DNA of 31,468 nucleotides from Desulfatibacillaceae bacterium (GCA_030018745.1 JASEHB010000001.1:1-31468); one strand, 5' to 3'. Numbered from the stretch's first letter, positions 1-8,894 are shown. Program-made: numbers and translations. Notes: generated by a model not told the origin, from the sequence alone.

Positions 1-531
1 CGTAATTTCGCTTTTAGTGGCCTTTTTTTTGGGGTTTTTGAAAACGAAATTTACTATGGCCTGGACCCCAACACCCTGCTTGCAGTCAACCGCAACTATT
101 TTCAGGACACAATCCGTCAGGGCCTTGAAATTGGCGTAAGGGCCTACCCGACAGAAAAACTCTTTGTGTGGGCAAACTACAGCTTTGTGGATGCCCATTT
201 TGAAGGTTCCGGCCGCCCCATACCCCTGGTTGCCGCCCACAAGGCGGATGCAGGCCTGGAATGGCAGGCCCTTTCCCGGCTTGTTGCAGCCCTTTCCGGA
301 AGCTTTGTGGGAGAAAGAAGGGACGGCAATGACACGGAGGATTTCCGGCACCCAGGGCTGGATAGCTATTTTGCCATAAACGCAAAGCTTGTTTACGATT
401 TTTATGGGGCCAGGCTTACAGCCGGGGTCTTAAACGCCCTGGATGCCCGTTTCATGACAACAGCATACAGCGGGCGGGGCTACCCCATGCCGGGCCGCAA
501 TTTTTACGGCTCTGTTGAGTTTGACTTTTAA
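1..531 (+). CDS. TonB-dependent outer-membrane receptor, C-terminal part (5' end outside window); possibly cobalamin-type
   Basis: Frame 1 is open from base 1 (RNFAFSGLFFGVFENEIYY...GLEIGVRAYP..VWANYSFVDA). It has amphipathic beta-strands, an N-x-L-D motif (VLNALD) and a typical ending GRNFYGSVEFDF with terminal Phe. The substrate is inferred only from the neighbouring gene. Confidence 0.85.
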   Translation, partial: RNFAFSGLFFGVFENEIYYGLDPNTLLAVNRNYFQDTIRQGLEIGVRAYPTEKLFVWANYSFVDAHFEGSGRPIPLVAAHKADAGLEWQALSRLVAALSGSFVGERRDGNDTEDFRHPGLDSYFAINAKLVYDFYGARLTAGVLNALDARFMTTAYSGRGYPMPGRNFYGSVEFDF

Positions 532-561
532 GAGGCAATTTTTTGCCGGGCAGAAGAAACC

Positions 562-2214
562 ATGAGCAAAAAAAAGGCTGCAAAAATCCGTTTTCTGGCC
601 TTTGGGCTTATTCTTTTTATGGCGCTGGCGGGAATCGCCTTTGCCGGGCCTTATTCTCCTGCTGTGGGCAAGCCCGGCAGCAATGCTGTGCCCATGAATT
701 CTACGGAGATTGCTGCCTGGGCCTCCTTTGTGCAGAGCGTGGAGTTTGGCAGCCATCTTGACGATGCCTGGAAGAACACGGCAAATGCTCTTGGACCTGC
801 TTCGGGAACAGCCTTTGCCGTGGTGAGTTTGGGCCGGGGCGGGCGCATAACCCTTGGTTTCAACCCGCCCATTGCAAACGGGCCGGGCTGGGATTTTGCG
901 GTTTTTTCCAACAGTTTTTCAGACACTTTTCTTGAGCTTGCCTTTGTGGAAGTTTCTTCAGACGGAGCCAACTTTTTCCGCTTTCCCAATTCCTCCCTCA
1001 CCAAAGAGCCGGTTGCCGGTTACGGAAGTGTTGACCCAACCAATGTAAACGGGCTTGCAGGCAATTTCCGCCAGGGTTTTGGCACCCCATTTGATTTGAC
1101 TGACCTGCTTGATGCGCCGGGGGCGTGGGGGGCCATTGCAGAGGGCAGGCTGGATTTGGGCGGCATTGCCTTTGTGCGGATTGTTGACATTGTGGGGGAT
1201 GGCTCGGCAAAAGACAGCAGCGGCAACCCCATTTACGACCCTTACCCAACATTTGGCAGCGCGGGCTTTGACCTGGATGCAGTTGCCGCCCGCTACACTG
1301 CGGCAGCCCAGGCAGTTAACTCCCCGCCCCTTGCGCCAGTGCTGTTATCGCCCCTCCACAATGCAACCCAGGTGGCCTTTCCGGCAATTCTGGAAACCGG
1401 ACCCTTTGCAGACCCGGATTTTGGCGACAGCCAGGCCCTTGCCCATTGGCAGATAAGCACCAGCCCGGGCCAGGGTTTTGAGGACAACCTTGTGTTGAAC
1501 GCCCTCACCCCCCTGCACCTGACCACCCTTGAAATATGGGCGCCCCTGCTGGATGCCGGTAAAACATACGCCTGGAGGGTGCGCCATTTTGACAGCCGCA
1601 TGACCCCCTCCCCCTGGTCGGAAACAGCCCTTTTTACAACAGAGGCCCAGGGCGGCCAGGGAGTTCCCCTTGAGCAGGCAACAGACAGAATATGGACAAC
1701 CGATGAAGCCTTAAATGCGGCAATACTGACCTTGAAGGCCCAAAACAGCGCAGGCAAAGCCGTTATCATGGGAATTGCGCCGGTGAGCAATGTTGCGCAG
1801 ATTATAAGCGCCCGCGCCCTTCCCCTTGATTCCACAGCCCCCAAAAACCGTCCGGCTTTGGATACGGGGCTTATGGGTTTCAGGGTCATTGCAGCAGACC
1901 CTTTGCAGCCCGTGCAGGTGGATATACACCTGGACCCGCCCGCGCCGCCCGGCTCAACCTGGTACAAGCACGATCCAATATCCGGGTGGAGGCCCTTTGC
2001 CCACGCCCGATTTGCGCCAGATGGCAAAACCGTGCGCCTTACCCTTACAGACGGCGACCCGGAAAAGGGTGATGTTGACAGGGTGGCAAATGGAGTGATT
2101 GTTGACCCTGGCGGAGCCGTGTTTGGCAAAAACACCCCTGCGCCTCCAAGCCAGGAAGCAGGAATCGGCGCAGGCGGGGGGTGCTTTGTCCATTCTTTGA
2201 CAGAACGGGAATAA
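562..2214 (+). CDS. Secreted multidomain surface protein: signal peptide, putative cobalamin-binding (BtuH-like) domain, FnIII-like segment, choice-of-anchor-U-like domain, GGGCF C-terminal tail
   Basis: 550-aa ORF starting 30 bp after the receptor stop, with GAGG upstream. Signal peptide [28 protein letters not shown]. Motifs: [40 protein letters not shown]; [11 protein letters not shown]; [26 protein letters not shown]; C-terminal [11 protein letters not shown]. Domain names are from recall. Confidence 0.8.
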   Translation: MSKKKAAKIRFLAFGLILFMALAGIAFAGPYSPAVGKPGSNAVPMNSTEIAAWASFVQSVEFGSHLDDAWKNTANALGPASGTAFAVVSLGRGGRITLGFNPPIANGPGWDFAVFSNSFSDTFLELAFVEVSSDGANFFRFPNSSLTKEPVAGYGSVDPTNVNGLAGNFRQGFGTPFDLTDLLDAPGAWGAIAEGRLDLGGIAFVRIVDIVGDGSAKDSSGNPIYDPYPTFGSAGFDLDAVAARYTAAAQAVNSPPLAPVLLSPLHNATQVAFPAILETGPFADPDFGDSQALAHWQISTSPGQGFEDNLVLNALTPLHLTTLEIWAPLLDAGKTYAWRVRHFDSRMTPSPWSETALFTTEAQGGQGVPLEQATDRIWTTDEALNAAILTLKAQNSAGKAVIMGIAPVSNVAQIISARALPLDSTAPKNRPALDTGLMGFRVIAADPLQPVQVDIHLDPPAPPGSTWYKHDPISGWRPFAHARFAPDGKTVRLTLTDGDPEKGDVDRVANGVIVDPGGAVFGKNTPAPPSQEAGIGAGGGCFVHSLTERE

Positions 2215-2411
2215 AAGAATAATTCCAAAGTGTTTGGAGCCGCAAAAAACAAAAAAACAAGGCCTGGCAGCCTGTAAATTTCCGCTTTAAGCGCCAGGGA
2301 CAGCACAAGGGGCCGCTTTTTGCATGGTCTTTATGAACTGATCTGGACAAAACCCTGCTTTTGCCCTAAAACCAGGCTGCCTGACAAATCCAAACAAACC
2401 CTGGTGAAGCC

Positions 2412-3257
2412 ATGTCTTTTGAAGCTTACGAGAAGGCGGGAATAAGCGTTTCCCAATCGTATTTCGGCGTTTCGGACGAGGTGGAGCTTCTGGTTACGGC
2501 CTTTGATCCTCCAGAAGCTAAACCCGGCACGCCCACCCTTGTTTTTGTCCCGGGCTGGATATCCCTTTTGAGCGGATGGCACGAGGTTCTTGGCCAGTTG
2601 TGCCCCTGCTGCCGGGTGCTCTACATAGAAACCCGCGAAAAGAAAAGCGCCAGGCTGCCGTCTTTGAAAAGAGAGTTTAGTGTTGAGCGCATGGCTGATG
2701 ACATAATCGAAGCCGTGGAAGCCCTTGTGCCGGAAAATGCACCATTCTGCTATGCAGCAAGCTCGCTGGGGGCCACAGTGGTTCTGGAGGCCATGAGCCG
2801 CCAGTCCCGCGCTCCAAACGCCGCCATGCTGGTGGGGCCTATCGCCCAAATGCACTTTCCGGCCCTTGGCCTTGCCTTTGCCAGAATACTGCATCCATCC
2901 TTGTTTTTTGTGTTCAAGCCCTGGCTGAAATGGTACCTGGCCAATATTCGCTGCGACAAGAAAAAAGAGCCGGAGCAGGTTGCCAAATACTTTGCCACCA
3001 TTGATGCTGCCGAGCCTGCCCGCCTGAAGAAAAACGCCTTTGCCATAAGGCATTACAGCCTGTGGGAAAAGCTTCCCAAAATCGGGGCGCCCGTTACAGT
3101 TTTCGGTGCAAGAACCGACAAGGTTCACGGCCTGGAAACTTTAGAGAAAATAGCAGCGGCCCTGCCTGCTGGAAGGCTGGAAATCCTTGAATCCAACAAG
3201 GAAACCCACAGCGAGCGCTGCGGCAGAATAATGGCGCGTATCATTGCCGGGGCTTAA
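2412..3257 (+). CDS. Alpha/beta-fold hydrolase
   Basis: 281 aa. Oxyanion region FVPGW, nucleophile elbow AASSLGA (A replaces the first G of GxSxG), Asp in GARTDKV, His in KETHSE. Confidence 0.8.
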   Translation: MSFEAYEKAGISVSQSYFGVSDEVELLVTAFDPPEAKPGTPTLVFVPGWISLLSGWHEVLGQLCPCCRVLYIETREKKSARLPSLKREFSVERMADDIIEAVEALVPENAPFCYAASSLGATVVLEAMSRQSRAPNAAMLVGPIAQMHFPALGLAFARILHPSLFFVFKPWLKWYLANIRCDKKKEPEQVAKYFATIDAAEPARLKKNAFAIRHYSLWEKLPKIGAPVTVFGARTDKVHGLETLEKIAAALPAGRLEILESNKETHSERCGRIMARIIAGA

Positions 3258-3279
3258 GGCTGCCAGCATTTTCCCTGCC

Positions 3280-4374
3280 CTATTTTTCCTGCATTTTGAC
3301 CGGCATCAGGGATTTGCCCCGCTCTTCTGCAATTTGCAGCATAAGCTCCTGCACGCCGGAAGGCGGGGTGCGGCGCCTGCTGCTGTCAACAGGCAGAAGG
3401 CTCAGGGCATCTTCCGGGCACTCTGTAACGCAAAGCCCGCAGCCTATGCAGCGGTTCAAATCCACAATGGCCGTGCCGTCATCATCACTAAAGGTGATGG
3501 CGTCCATCTGGCAGCGCTCTGCACACAGGCCGCAGCCAGAGCAAAGGGACGAATCGCACTGTGCAAAATAGTTGGTGAGCACGGCCTTTGCCGGCTCGGG
3601 CAAAAGCTTTAGCGAGCGCAGCACGCCGCAGCAGTCGCCGCAGCAGTTGCACATTCCCCCAGGGTTGGTCACATTGAAGGGCTGGGTAACAAGCCCGGCC
3701 TTCTGTGCGCCCTCAAGGGCGGCAAGGGCCTCATCCAGGCCCACAAAGCGGGCCAGGCCATTTTCCACAAAGTAGTCTGCATGGCTGCCAAACACAAAGC
3801 ACACCTCCAGCGGCTTGCCGCATCCCTTTTCCACAAGCTTTTGCTGGGTGCGGCAAATGCAGTTTGCCAGGGCTATTTTCTTCTGGCTGCTCAAAATCTT
3901 AACAGCGTCATCGTGGGCAGCCACAGGGTGTGTAACGCTCACGGCCCTGTTAACGGGAATTGTGCGCATGGGCAGGGTGGTTTGCCCCAGGCTTGGCACA
4001 AAGGCCTCCTCAAAATATTGCTCCACCATGCTGGCAAGCTCCCTGTCCATGTTGCCAAGCTGGAACTCATAGGAGCCTACAACAAAGGGAACAGCCGCAT
4101 AGCGCACAGCATTGTTGCGGCGCAGGCGGAAAATAAGGCCTTTTTGGGCCATTGTGGCAAGCGTTCTGGCGGTTTGTTCAATATCCCGGCCAGTGCGTTC
4201 AGCAATGGAATTCGCCTCCTCCAAAAAGAGGGAGAGGTCCAGATAAAGGGCTGCCTCCTCCGGAGTAAACAGCTTTTTTAGAATGCTGATTTCCACACCG
4301 GATTGTGTTTGCGGAAAGCCCACGGAATAATTATCCATCTGCTGCTGCAATTCCCGGTAAATGCCGTCTGTCAT
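3280..4374 (-). CDS. wHTH + Cys-rich + 2x[4Fe-4S] ferredoxin-domain protein, function unknown
   Basis: 364 aa, SD GGAGG upstream. N-terminal winged-helix-like segment, then CICR, CNCCGDCC and two ferredoxin motifs (CSGCGLCAERC, CIGCGLCVTECP). Confidence 0.88.
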   Translation of the reverse strand: MTDGIYRELQQQMDNYSVGFPQTQSGVEISILKKLFTPEEAALYLDLSLFLEEANSIAERTGRDIEQTARTLATMAQKGLIFRLRRNNAVRYAAVPFVVGSYEFQLGNMDRELASMVEQYFEEAFVPSLGQTTLPMRTIPVNRAVSVTHPVAAHDDAVKILSSQKKIALANCICRTQQKLVEKGCGKPLEVCFVFGSHADYFVENGLARFVGLDEALAALEGAQKAGLVTQPFNVTNPGGMCNCCGDCCGVLRSLKLLPEPAKAVLTNYFAQCDSSLCSGCGLCAERCQMDAITFSDDDGTAIVDLNRCIGCGLCVTECPEDALSLLPVDSSRRRTPPSGVQELMLQIAEERGKSLMPVKMQEK

Positions 4375-4435
4375 AACCGCCTCCTATGAGGTCTTGGGAA
4401 GTACAAGGGAATGAAAACCGGCAAAAAAACAAGGT

Positions 4436-4463
4436 TGCAAAACCTGTATCCAGTTCTATTATT
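4436..4463 (+). promoter_or_regulatory. Putative sigma70 promoter for hypA-hypB-FeS operon
   Basis: TTGCAA-N16-TATTAT upstream of hypA. Confidence 0.45.
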
Positions 4464-4537
4464 ATAGGTAATATGGCCCGATGATGCACTTTAAGTTTTT
4501 GCCCCCTTTTTTTCAACCCTTGCCGATAGAGGTGTTT

Positions 4538-4888
4538 ATGCACGAGATGGGCATTGCCATGCAGATTGTGGACATAGCCAAGTCCGCGATTCCAAAAAAT
4601 ATTTCCTCTCCACGGGTTGAATCGGTCAATCTCAAGGTGGGCAAGCTCACGGCCATTGTTCCGGAAAGCCTTCGCTTTTGCTTTACCGTGGTCACAAAGG
4701 ATACGCCGCTGGAAGGCGCAAAGCTTAACATTGAGGAGTTGCCTGTTGTGGCTCTCTGCGAGGAGTGCGCTCATAAAAGCACCATAGAAAATGCAGACTT
4801 CTCCTGCCGCAAATGCAAGTCCGGCAAGCTTAAAATCCTTTCGGGCAGGGAGCTTACGGTAAGCTCCATTGAGCTTGCGGAAGACTGA
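4538..4888 (+). CDS. hypA: Hydrogenase maturation nickel metallochaperone HypA
   Basis: N-terminal MHE Ni motif and two CxxC (CEEC, CRKC). Start moved to ATG 4538, which has GAGG upstream; 116 aa. Confidence 0.95.
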   Translation: MHEMGIAMQIVDIAKSAIPKNISSPRVESVNLKVGKLTAIVPESLRFCFTVVTKDTPLEGAKLNIEELPVVALCEECAHKSTIENADFSCRKCKSGKLKILSGRELTVSSIELAED

Positions 4889-4960
4889 TTGTTTTTTTAA
4901 CGGAAGCCTGGCTTTTTGCCTTCCTGTTTTGCTTTTAATTCGCATGAAAGGGGATATTCA

Positions 4961-5629
4961 ATGGAAGTGAAGGTAGTTCGCCGCGTGCTTGACGCCAACG
5001 AGACAATGGCCCAGGAAAACCGGCAGTCGTTTGCCGAAAAAGGCGTGTTCGTCTTTAATCTGATGAGCTCGCCGGGTTCGGGCAAGACCACAATGCTGGT
5101 GGAAACCCTAAAGCGCCTGGGCAAAGAAATCCCCACAGCCGTGATTGTGGGCGACATCTGCACCACAAACGATGCAGACCGCCTGGCCCAAACCGGGGTG
5201 GAGGTGGTTCAGATAAACACTGACCAGTTCGGCGGCGACTGCCATCTTGGCGCCCATGTCATCCGCAGGGCCTGCCAGGATATCAACCTGGATGCCGTGG
5301 ACCTTCTCATTGTGGAGAATGTGGGCAACCTTGTCTGCCCGGCAGAGTTCGACATGGGTGAGGACCGCAAGGGCGTGGTGCTCTCCGTCACCGAAGGCGA
5401 GGACAAGCCCTTAAAATACCCCCTCATGTTCCGGGTCTGCGACATGGCCGTGTTGAGTAAAATTGACCTGCTGCCCCATCTGGATTACGATAAGGACCTG
5501 GCGGTCAAAAACATCAATACAGTCAACCCCAACATTCCGGTTTTCTGCCTTTCCACCCGCACAGGGGAAGGGTTTGACGCCTGGATGGAATGGCTCAAAA
5601 ATCAGGTGGCCGCCAAAAAGAAATCCTGA
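4961..5629 (+). CDS. hypB: Hydrogenase nickel incorporation GTPase HypB
   Basis: P-loop SSPGSGKTT, GDCHL, ENVGNLVCPAEF, EGEDKPLKYPLMF, SKIDL. Start at ATG 4961; 222 aa. No N-terminal CxxCGC or His-rich region. Confidence 0.95.
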   Translation: MEVKVVRRVLDANETMAQENRQSFAEKGVFVFNLMSSPGSGKTTMLVETLKRLGKEIPTAVIVGDICTTNDADRLAQTGVEVVQINTDQFGGDCHLGAHVIRRACQDINLDAVDLLIVENVGNLVCPAEFDMGEDRKGVVLSVTEGEDKPLKYPLMFRVCDMAVLSKIDLLPHLDYDKDLAVKNINTVNPNIPVFCLSTRTGEGFDAWMEWLKNQVAAKKKS

Positions 5630-5653
5630 CCCCTGCCAATGCAAGGAGATGCC

Positions 5654-6652
5654 ATGAGCGAAAAATCCCTTTACGAGCAGCTTGCAGATAAAATAATGGT
5701 TCCCGGCTCAAAGCTCATTCCAGAGCTTTTTGCCATGCTTGTAAACGAAGATGAGGCCAGGATATTGCTGGCCCTGCCCGGCTTTGCCCAGGATCTGGCG
5801 GAAAAATCCGGCATGACTCAAAAGGATATGGAGGCAAAGCTTAAAGAGTTTTTCGACAAGGGCCTTGTGTTCAAGTCCATTAAGCCCGAAGGCGTAAAAT
5901 ACCGTCTTTGCCGCGATATTGTGCAGTTCCATGACGCCACAATTTTGTGGTCCGGTGCAGGCAGGGACTACTTTGACAAGTGGCAGCAGTTCATGGAAAC
6001 AGAGTGGCCCGCCTATGCCAAAATGGTGGAAAGCGTTGTGCCACGGCCCTTCACCCGCATCATTCCCGTGGATCGCTCAATTACGCCCCGCACCCAAATT
6101 CTGGCATTTGAAAGCGCCAGGGAGGTGATCGAGCAAAATGACACAATTGCCGTGACCCCCTGCACCTGCCGCCTTATTGCAAGAAAATGCGATTCTCCGG
6201 TGGAAGTCTGCCTCCAGGTGGGCAAGGCCGCGGATTACAACATAGAGCGGGGCACGGGCCGCAAAATCAACAAGGAAGAAGCCCTGGAGATTCTCGTGAA
6301 ATCCGAGGAAGCTGGCCTGATGCATGTGACCATGAACCGCTCGCACGATATGCACTTTATTTGCAACTGCTGCGGTTGCTGCTGCATTGCCATGCCCATT
6401 ATGATTGAATATGGCACAAAAATGGTGGACCCCAGCCGCTTTTTGGCCGTGGTGGATGCAGATGCCTGCCAGGGCTGCGGCACCTGTGAGGACAGGTGCT
6501 GGTTTTCGGCCATAATTGTGGATGCAGAAAGCGCCATAGCGGTTGTGGATGCAGACAAGTGCATGGGCTGCGGCGTATGCCAGGTTTCCTGCCCGGAAGA
6601 CGCCATAAGCTTAAAGGAGGTGCGCCAGAAGGAGTTTGTGCCTGCCGCCTGA
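5654..6652 (+). CDS. wHTH + Cys-rich + 2x[4Fe-4S] protein, paralog of 3280..4374
   Basis: SD AAGGAG before ATG 5654; 332 aa. Motifs CTCR, CNCCGCCC, CQGCGTCEDRC, CMGCGVCQVSCP. Confidence 0.88.
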   Translation: MSEKSLYEQLADKIMVPGSKLIPELFAMLVNEDEARILLALPGFAQDLAEKSGMTQKDMEAKLKEFFDKGLVFKSIKPEGVKYRLCRDIVQFHDATILWSGAGRDYFDKWQQFMETEWPAYAKMVESVVPRPFTRIIPVDRSITPRTQILAFESAREVIEQNDTIAVTPCTCRLIARKCDSPVEVCLQVGKAADYNIERGTGRKINKEEALEILVKSEEAGLMHVTMNRSHDMHFICNCCGCCCIAMPIMIEYGTKMVDPSRFLAVVDADACQGCGTCEDRCWFSAIIVDAESAIAVVDADKCMGCGVCQVSCPEDAISLKEVRQKEFVPAA

Positions 6653-6696
6653 CAAGGCCCCAACACCTCTCCATAAGCCTTGCAGCGCTGCCTTTT

Positions 6697-6748
6697 TGCG
6701 GGGGGAAGCCCTTTTTAAATAAGACAGCTTCTCCCCGCACTTCTTTTT
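6697..6748 (+). terminator. Hairpin terminator after hyp operon
   Basis: TGCGGGGGGAAGC (6697-6709) pairs with GCTTCTCCCCGCA (6727-6739), one G-U. Followed by CTTCTTTTT. Confidence 0.6.
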
Positions 6749-6852
6749 AGACACCCTTGGTTAGGCGCAAAAAGCATTCTTAAAAAACAGGCGGGGGCCT
6801 TTTGGGTGGCGTTTTGCATGGGCTTTTCAGCAGACTTTTTCTGTGGCTATTC

Positions 6853-6881
6853 TTGACAAGTTACACTTAAGCCATAGCTTA
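6853..6881 (+). promoter_or_regulatory. sigma70 promoter with overlapping inverted repeat
   Basis: TTGACA (6853-6858)-N16-TAGCTT (6875-6880). TAAGC-CATA-GCTTA (6868-6881) overlaps the spacer and -10. Confidence 0.5.
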
Positions 6882-6925
6882 CAATACTAATTTAGGAACT
6901 TTTATCATTTACAGGGAGGTGGCTT

Positions 6926-7279
6926 GTGGACCCCGCAAGGCTGGAAGCCCGCGTGGCAAAGCTTGAGGAGGAGCTGGCAAGGATAAAGGCCTACCTTAAC
7001 CTGGACAAGGAAAAACCTTCCCGGCCCGCAAGCCCTCATGAGGAAGCCATTTTAAAGGCCCTGGAATCTTCAGGAAAGCCAAGGCAATCCATCTCGGAAT
7101 TGAGAAGCTCAATGGGCATGAAGGATTCAGACTTTGACAGGGCACTCATGGACCTGGAGCAGGCAGGCCGCATAACCCTCATTGAATCCGGCGGCATGAG
7201 CCTTTCCCTTTCCAAGTCGGCCAGCGGCCTCATGGGCGATGACGGGCGCTGGTTTACCCAGGTTGAGCTTAAAAAGTAG
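6926..7279 (+). CDS. Hypothetical protein: N-terminal coiled coil + winged helix-turn-helix-like domain
   Basis: GTG start with SD GGGAGG; 117 aa. Heptad RLEARVAKLEEELARIKAYL, then helices ILKALES..SISELRSSMGMKDSDFDRALMDLEQAGRITL. Confidence 0.72.
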   Translation: MDPARLEARVAKLEEELARIKAYLNLDKEKPSRPASPHEEAILKALESSGKPRQSISELRSSMGMKDSDFDRALMDLEQAGRITLIESGGMSLSLSKSASGLMGDDGRWFTQVELKK

Positions 7280-7300
7280 GCTTTTAATCAGATGCCTTAA

Positions 7301-7336
7301 AAACAAAAGGAGGAAATCTTAAAAAAGATTCCCTCC
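7301..7336 (-). terminator. Intrinsic terminator between convergent genes
   Basis: On the minus strand: GGAGGGAATCTT-TTTT-AAGATTTCCTCC, followed by TTTTGTTT. Confidence 0.7.
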
Positions 7337-7389
7337 CCAAAAAAGCCTTATCATAAAAAGGCAGTCCGTTTGTAAAACCAGGCGCTTTT

Positions 7390-7662
7390 TTATTTCTGCA
7401 CAAGGAAATCCAGAACAGCACTACGCTCATCTTCGTTTAACAAACCAGCTCTTTTGCTCATCATCCTGTCCACCGTCTGCTCCCAGGCAGCGCGATCCTT
7501 CACTTTTTTGGCAGCCTCCACCCTTCCAAGGCCATGACATTGCGAGCAGCGGGCGTTGACAAGGCTTTCTCCGTCATAACCCTGGGAGCTTATTCCCTGG
7601 GCCGCCCCAAAGGCAATAAAAACACCAATTGCAAGTACAAGCGCCAGCCATGACTTTTTCAC
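7390..7662 (-). CDS. Small periplasmic monoheme c-type cytochrome
   Basis: GTG start at 7662 with SD AAGGAG; 90 aa. Signal peptide MKKSWLALVLAIGVFIAFGAA, a single CSQCH, and downstream Met residues (RMMS) as possible axial ligand. Confidence 0.85.
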   Translation of the reverse strand: MKKSWLALVLAIGVFIAFGAAQGISSQGYDGESLVNARCSQCHGLGRVEAAKKVKDRAAWEQTVDRMMSKRAGLLNEDERSAVLDFLVQK

Positions 7663-7813
7663 GGGCTTTCTCCTTTTATGTTGGGCAGGACAAAAGCAAC
7701 AGGGCCGCAAAACCGGACAACGGCCCAAAAGCCGGTGTTGCTGGGTTGCAGCCCTTGTTGGGCATGGGGCCTATGGCACAAGCCCTTTTGCAAATTATGA
7801 AAAAACCTTATTT

Positions 7814-8317
7814 TCAGGCCTTTAAAAGAGCAAGCTGGTTGCTTATCATTCTGGCGTGGGCCATTTCCTCGCGTATTATTTCATCCACCTTGCATTTATC
7901 CGCCTCGCTGCCCACCATTTCCCTCATGCCGCTGTAAAAGGCAATGGATTCCTGCTCGCGGGAAAGGGCAAATTCCAGCACTTCCTTGATATCCGCATCC
8001 GAGCATGTTCCATCCTGGCCAAAGGAAGGCTCCTTGTCCGATGAAAAAACCCGCCTGTCCGCCAGGGATTTGAGGTACATGGCGGTTTCGCCTTCCGGGT
8101 CGAATGTGGTGGAAACCCGGCTCTTTCCGGGAAGTTCGGCCCGCATCTGGGAAAAGGCCTCCTCGTGGCCTTCCTCCATTGCTGCAAGCTCTTCCAAAAT
8201 CTCGCGGGTATTGTCGCAGCTCACACTTTTGGCGGCCTTGCGGTAAAAGGCTGCGCCGTTTTTCTCTATTTGGGCGGCCATTGCAAAAATTTCATCCGGC
8301 GAAAAATCAAAGCCCAT
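7814..8317 (-). CDS. Ferritin-like / rubrerythrin-family diiron protein (no rubredoxin domain)
   Basis: 167 aa. IEKNGAAFY, MEEGH (ExxH), SREQESIAFY, EEMAH (ExxH). Confidence 0.88.
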   Translation of the reverse strand: MGFDFSPDEIFAMAAQIEKNGAAFYRKAAKSVSCDNTREILEELAAMEEGHEEAFSQMRAELPGKSRVSTTFDPEGETAMYLKSLADRRVFSSDKEPSFGQDGTCSDADIKEVLEFALSREQESIAFYSGMREMVGSEADKCKVDEIIREEMAHARMISNQLALLKA

Positions 8318-8459
8318 TGCTTTTCCTTTCTCTTTTTTGCACCTTCAGGTTGGCGCTGGCGGCCTTACCTGGCCTTTACAATTCCACTTTGCCTTGCTTG
8401 CTTTATTTTGGAGCTAATTTTTAAAAACCCAACTGACACCCTGCACCACATCTTAATGC

Positions 8460-8488
8460 AATGTAATTGTAACCGCTTGGCTTGTCAA
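8460..8488 (-). promoter_or_regulatory. sigma70 promoter of ferritin-like gene
   Basis: Minus strand TTGACA-N17-TACATT. A small CAAT-N3-ATTG palindrome (8459-8469) overlaps the -10. Confidence 0.55.
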
Positions 8489-8570
8489 CGGCGCACAGAG
8501 GTTTTAAGCGCCGGGCAGGGCAGCGTTTTTCATAAACATCCCGCAATAAATGCCTGTTGGGATTACGCCT

Positions 8571-8894
8571 TCAGGGGCTTGTTCCTTTGGAGGGAGGAAG
8601 TACAATGCTGCGTTTTTCCGGGTCCGGATGCTGGCGGAAGAAAATAGCGGTGTGCCCCACAAGCCCCACAAGGCAACTGTTGGTGGCAGCAGCTATGGCA
8701 GATGCAATTTCCTGCTTTTGCTCCTTTAACTTAAAGTCAACAAACTTTACCTTGAGAAGCTCGTGATCGAGAAGGGCGCTGTCCACATTTTTGGCCAGAG
8801 CGCCGGAAAAGCCCTTGTGCCCCACCTGGACAATCGCTTTGAGTCCATGGGCCTTTCCCCTTAAGAATTTTCGTTGAGAAGATGAAAGTTCCAA
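8571..8894 (-). CDS. yhbY: Ribosome assembly RNA-binding protein YhbY (CRM domain)
   Basis: 107 aa, TTG start. LSSSQRKFLRGKAHGLKAIVQVGHKG, ALLDHELLKVK, GLVGHTAIFFR. Confidence 0.92.
   Translation of the reverse strand: MELSSSQRKFLRGKAHGLKAIVQVGHKGFSGALAKNVDSALLDHELLKVKFVDFKLKEQKQEIASAIAAATNSCLVGLVGHTAIFFRQHPDPEKRSIVLPPSKGTSP

Noticed and set aside
1293-2306. 337-aa antisense ORF (similar long shadows at 2331-3128, 9536-10129, 9799-10524, 15084-15509, 21855-22382, 24492-25094)
   Set aside because: All overlap well-supported genes on the opposite strand and show no family motifs.
4886-6652. Selenocysteine read-through at the TGA stops of hypA, hypB and the FeS gene
   Set aside because: Each protein is already complete at its TGA and no SECIS-like hairpin is apparent.
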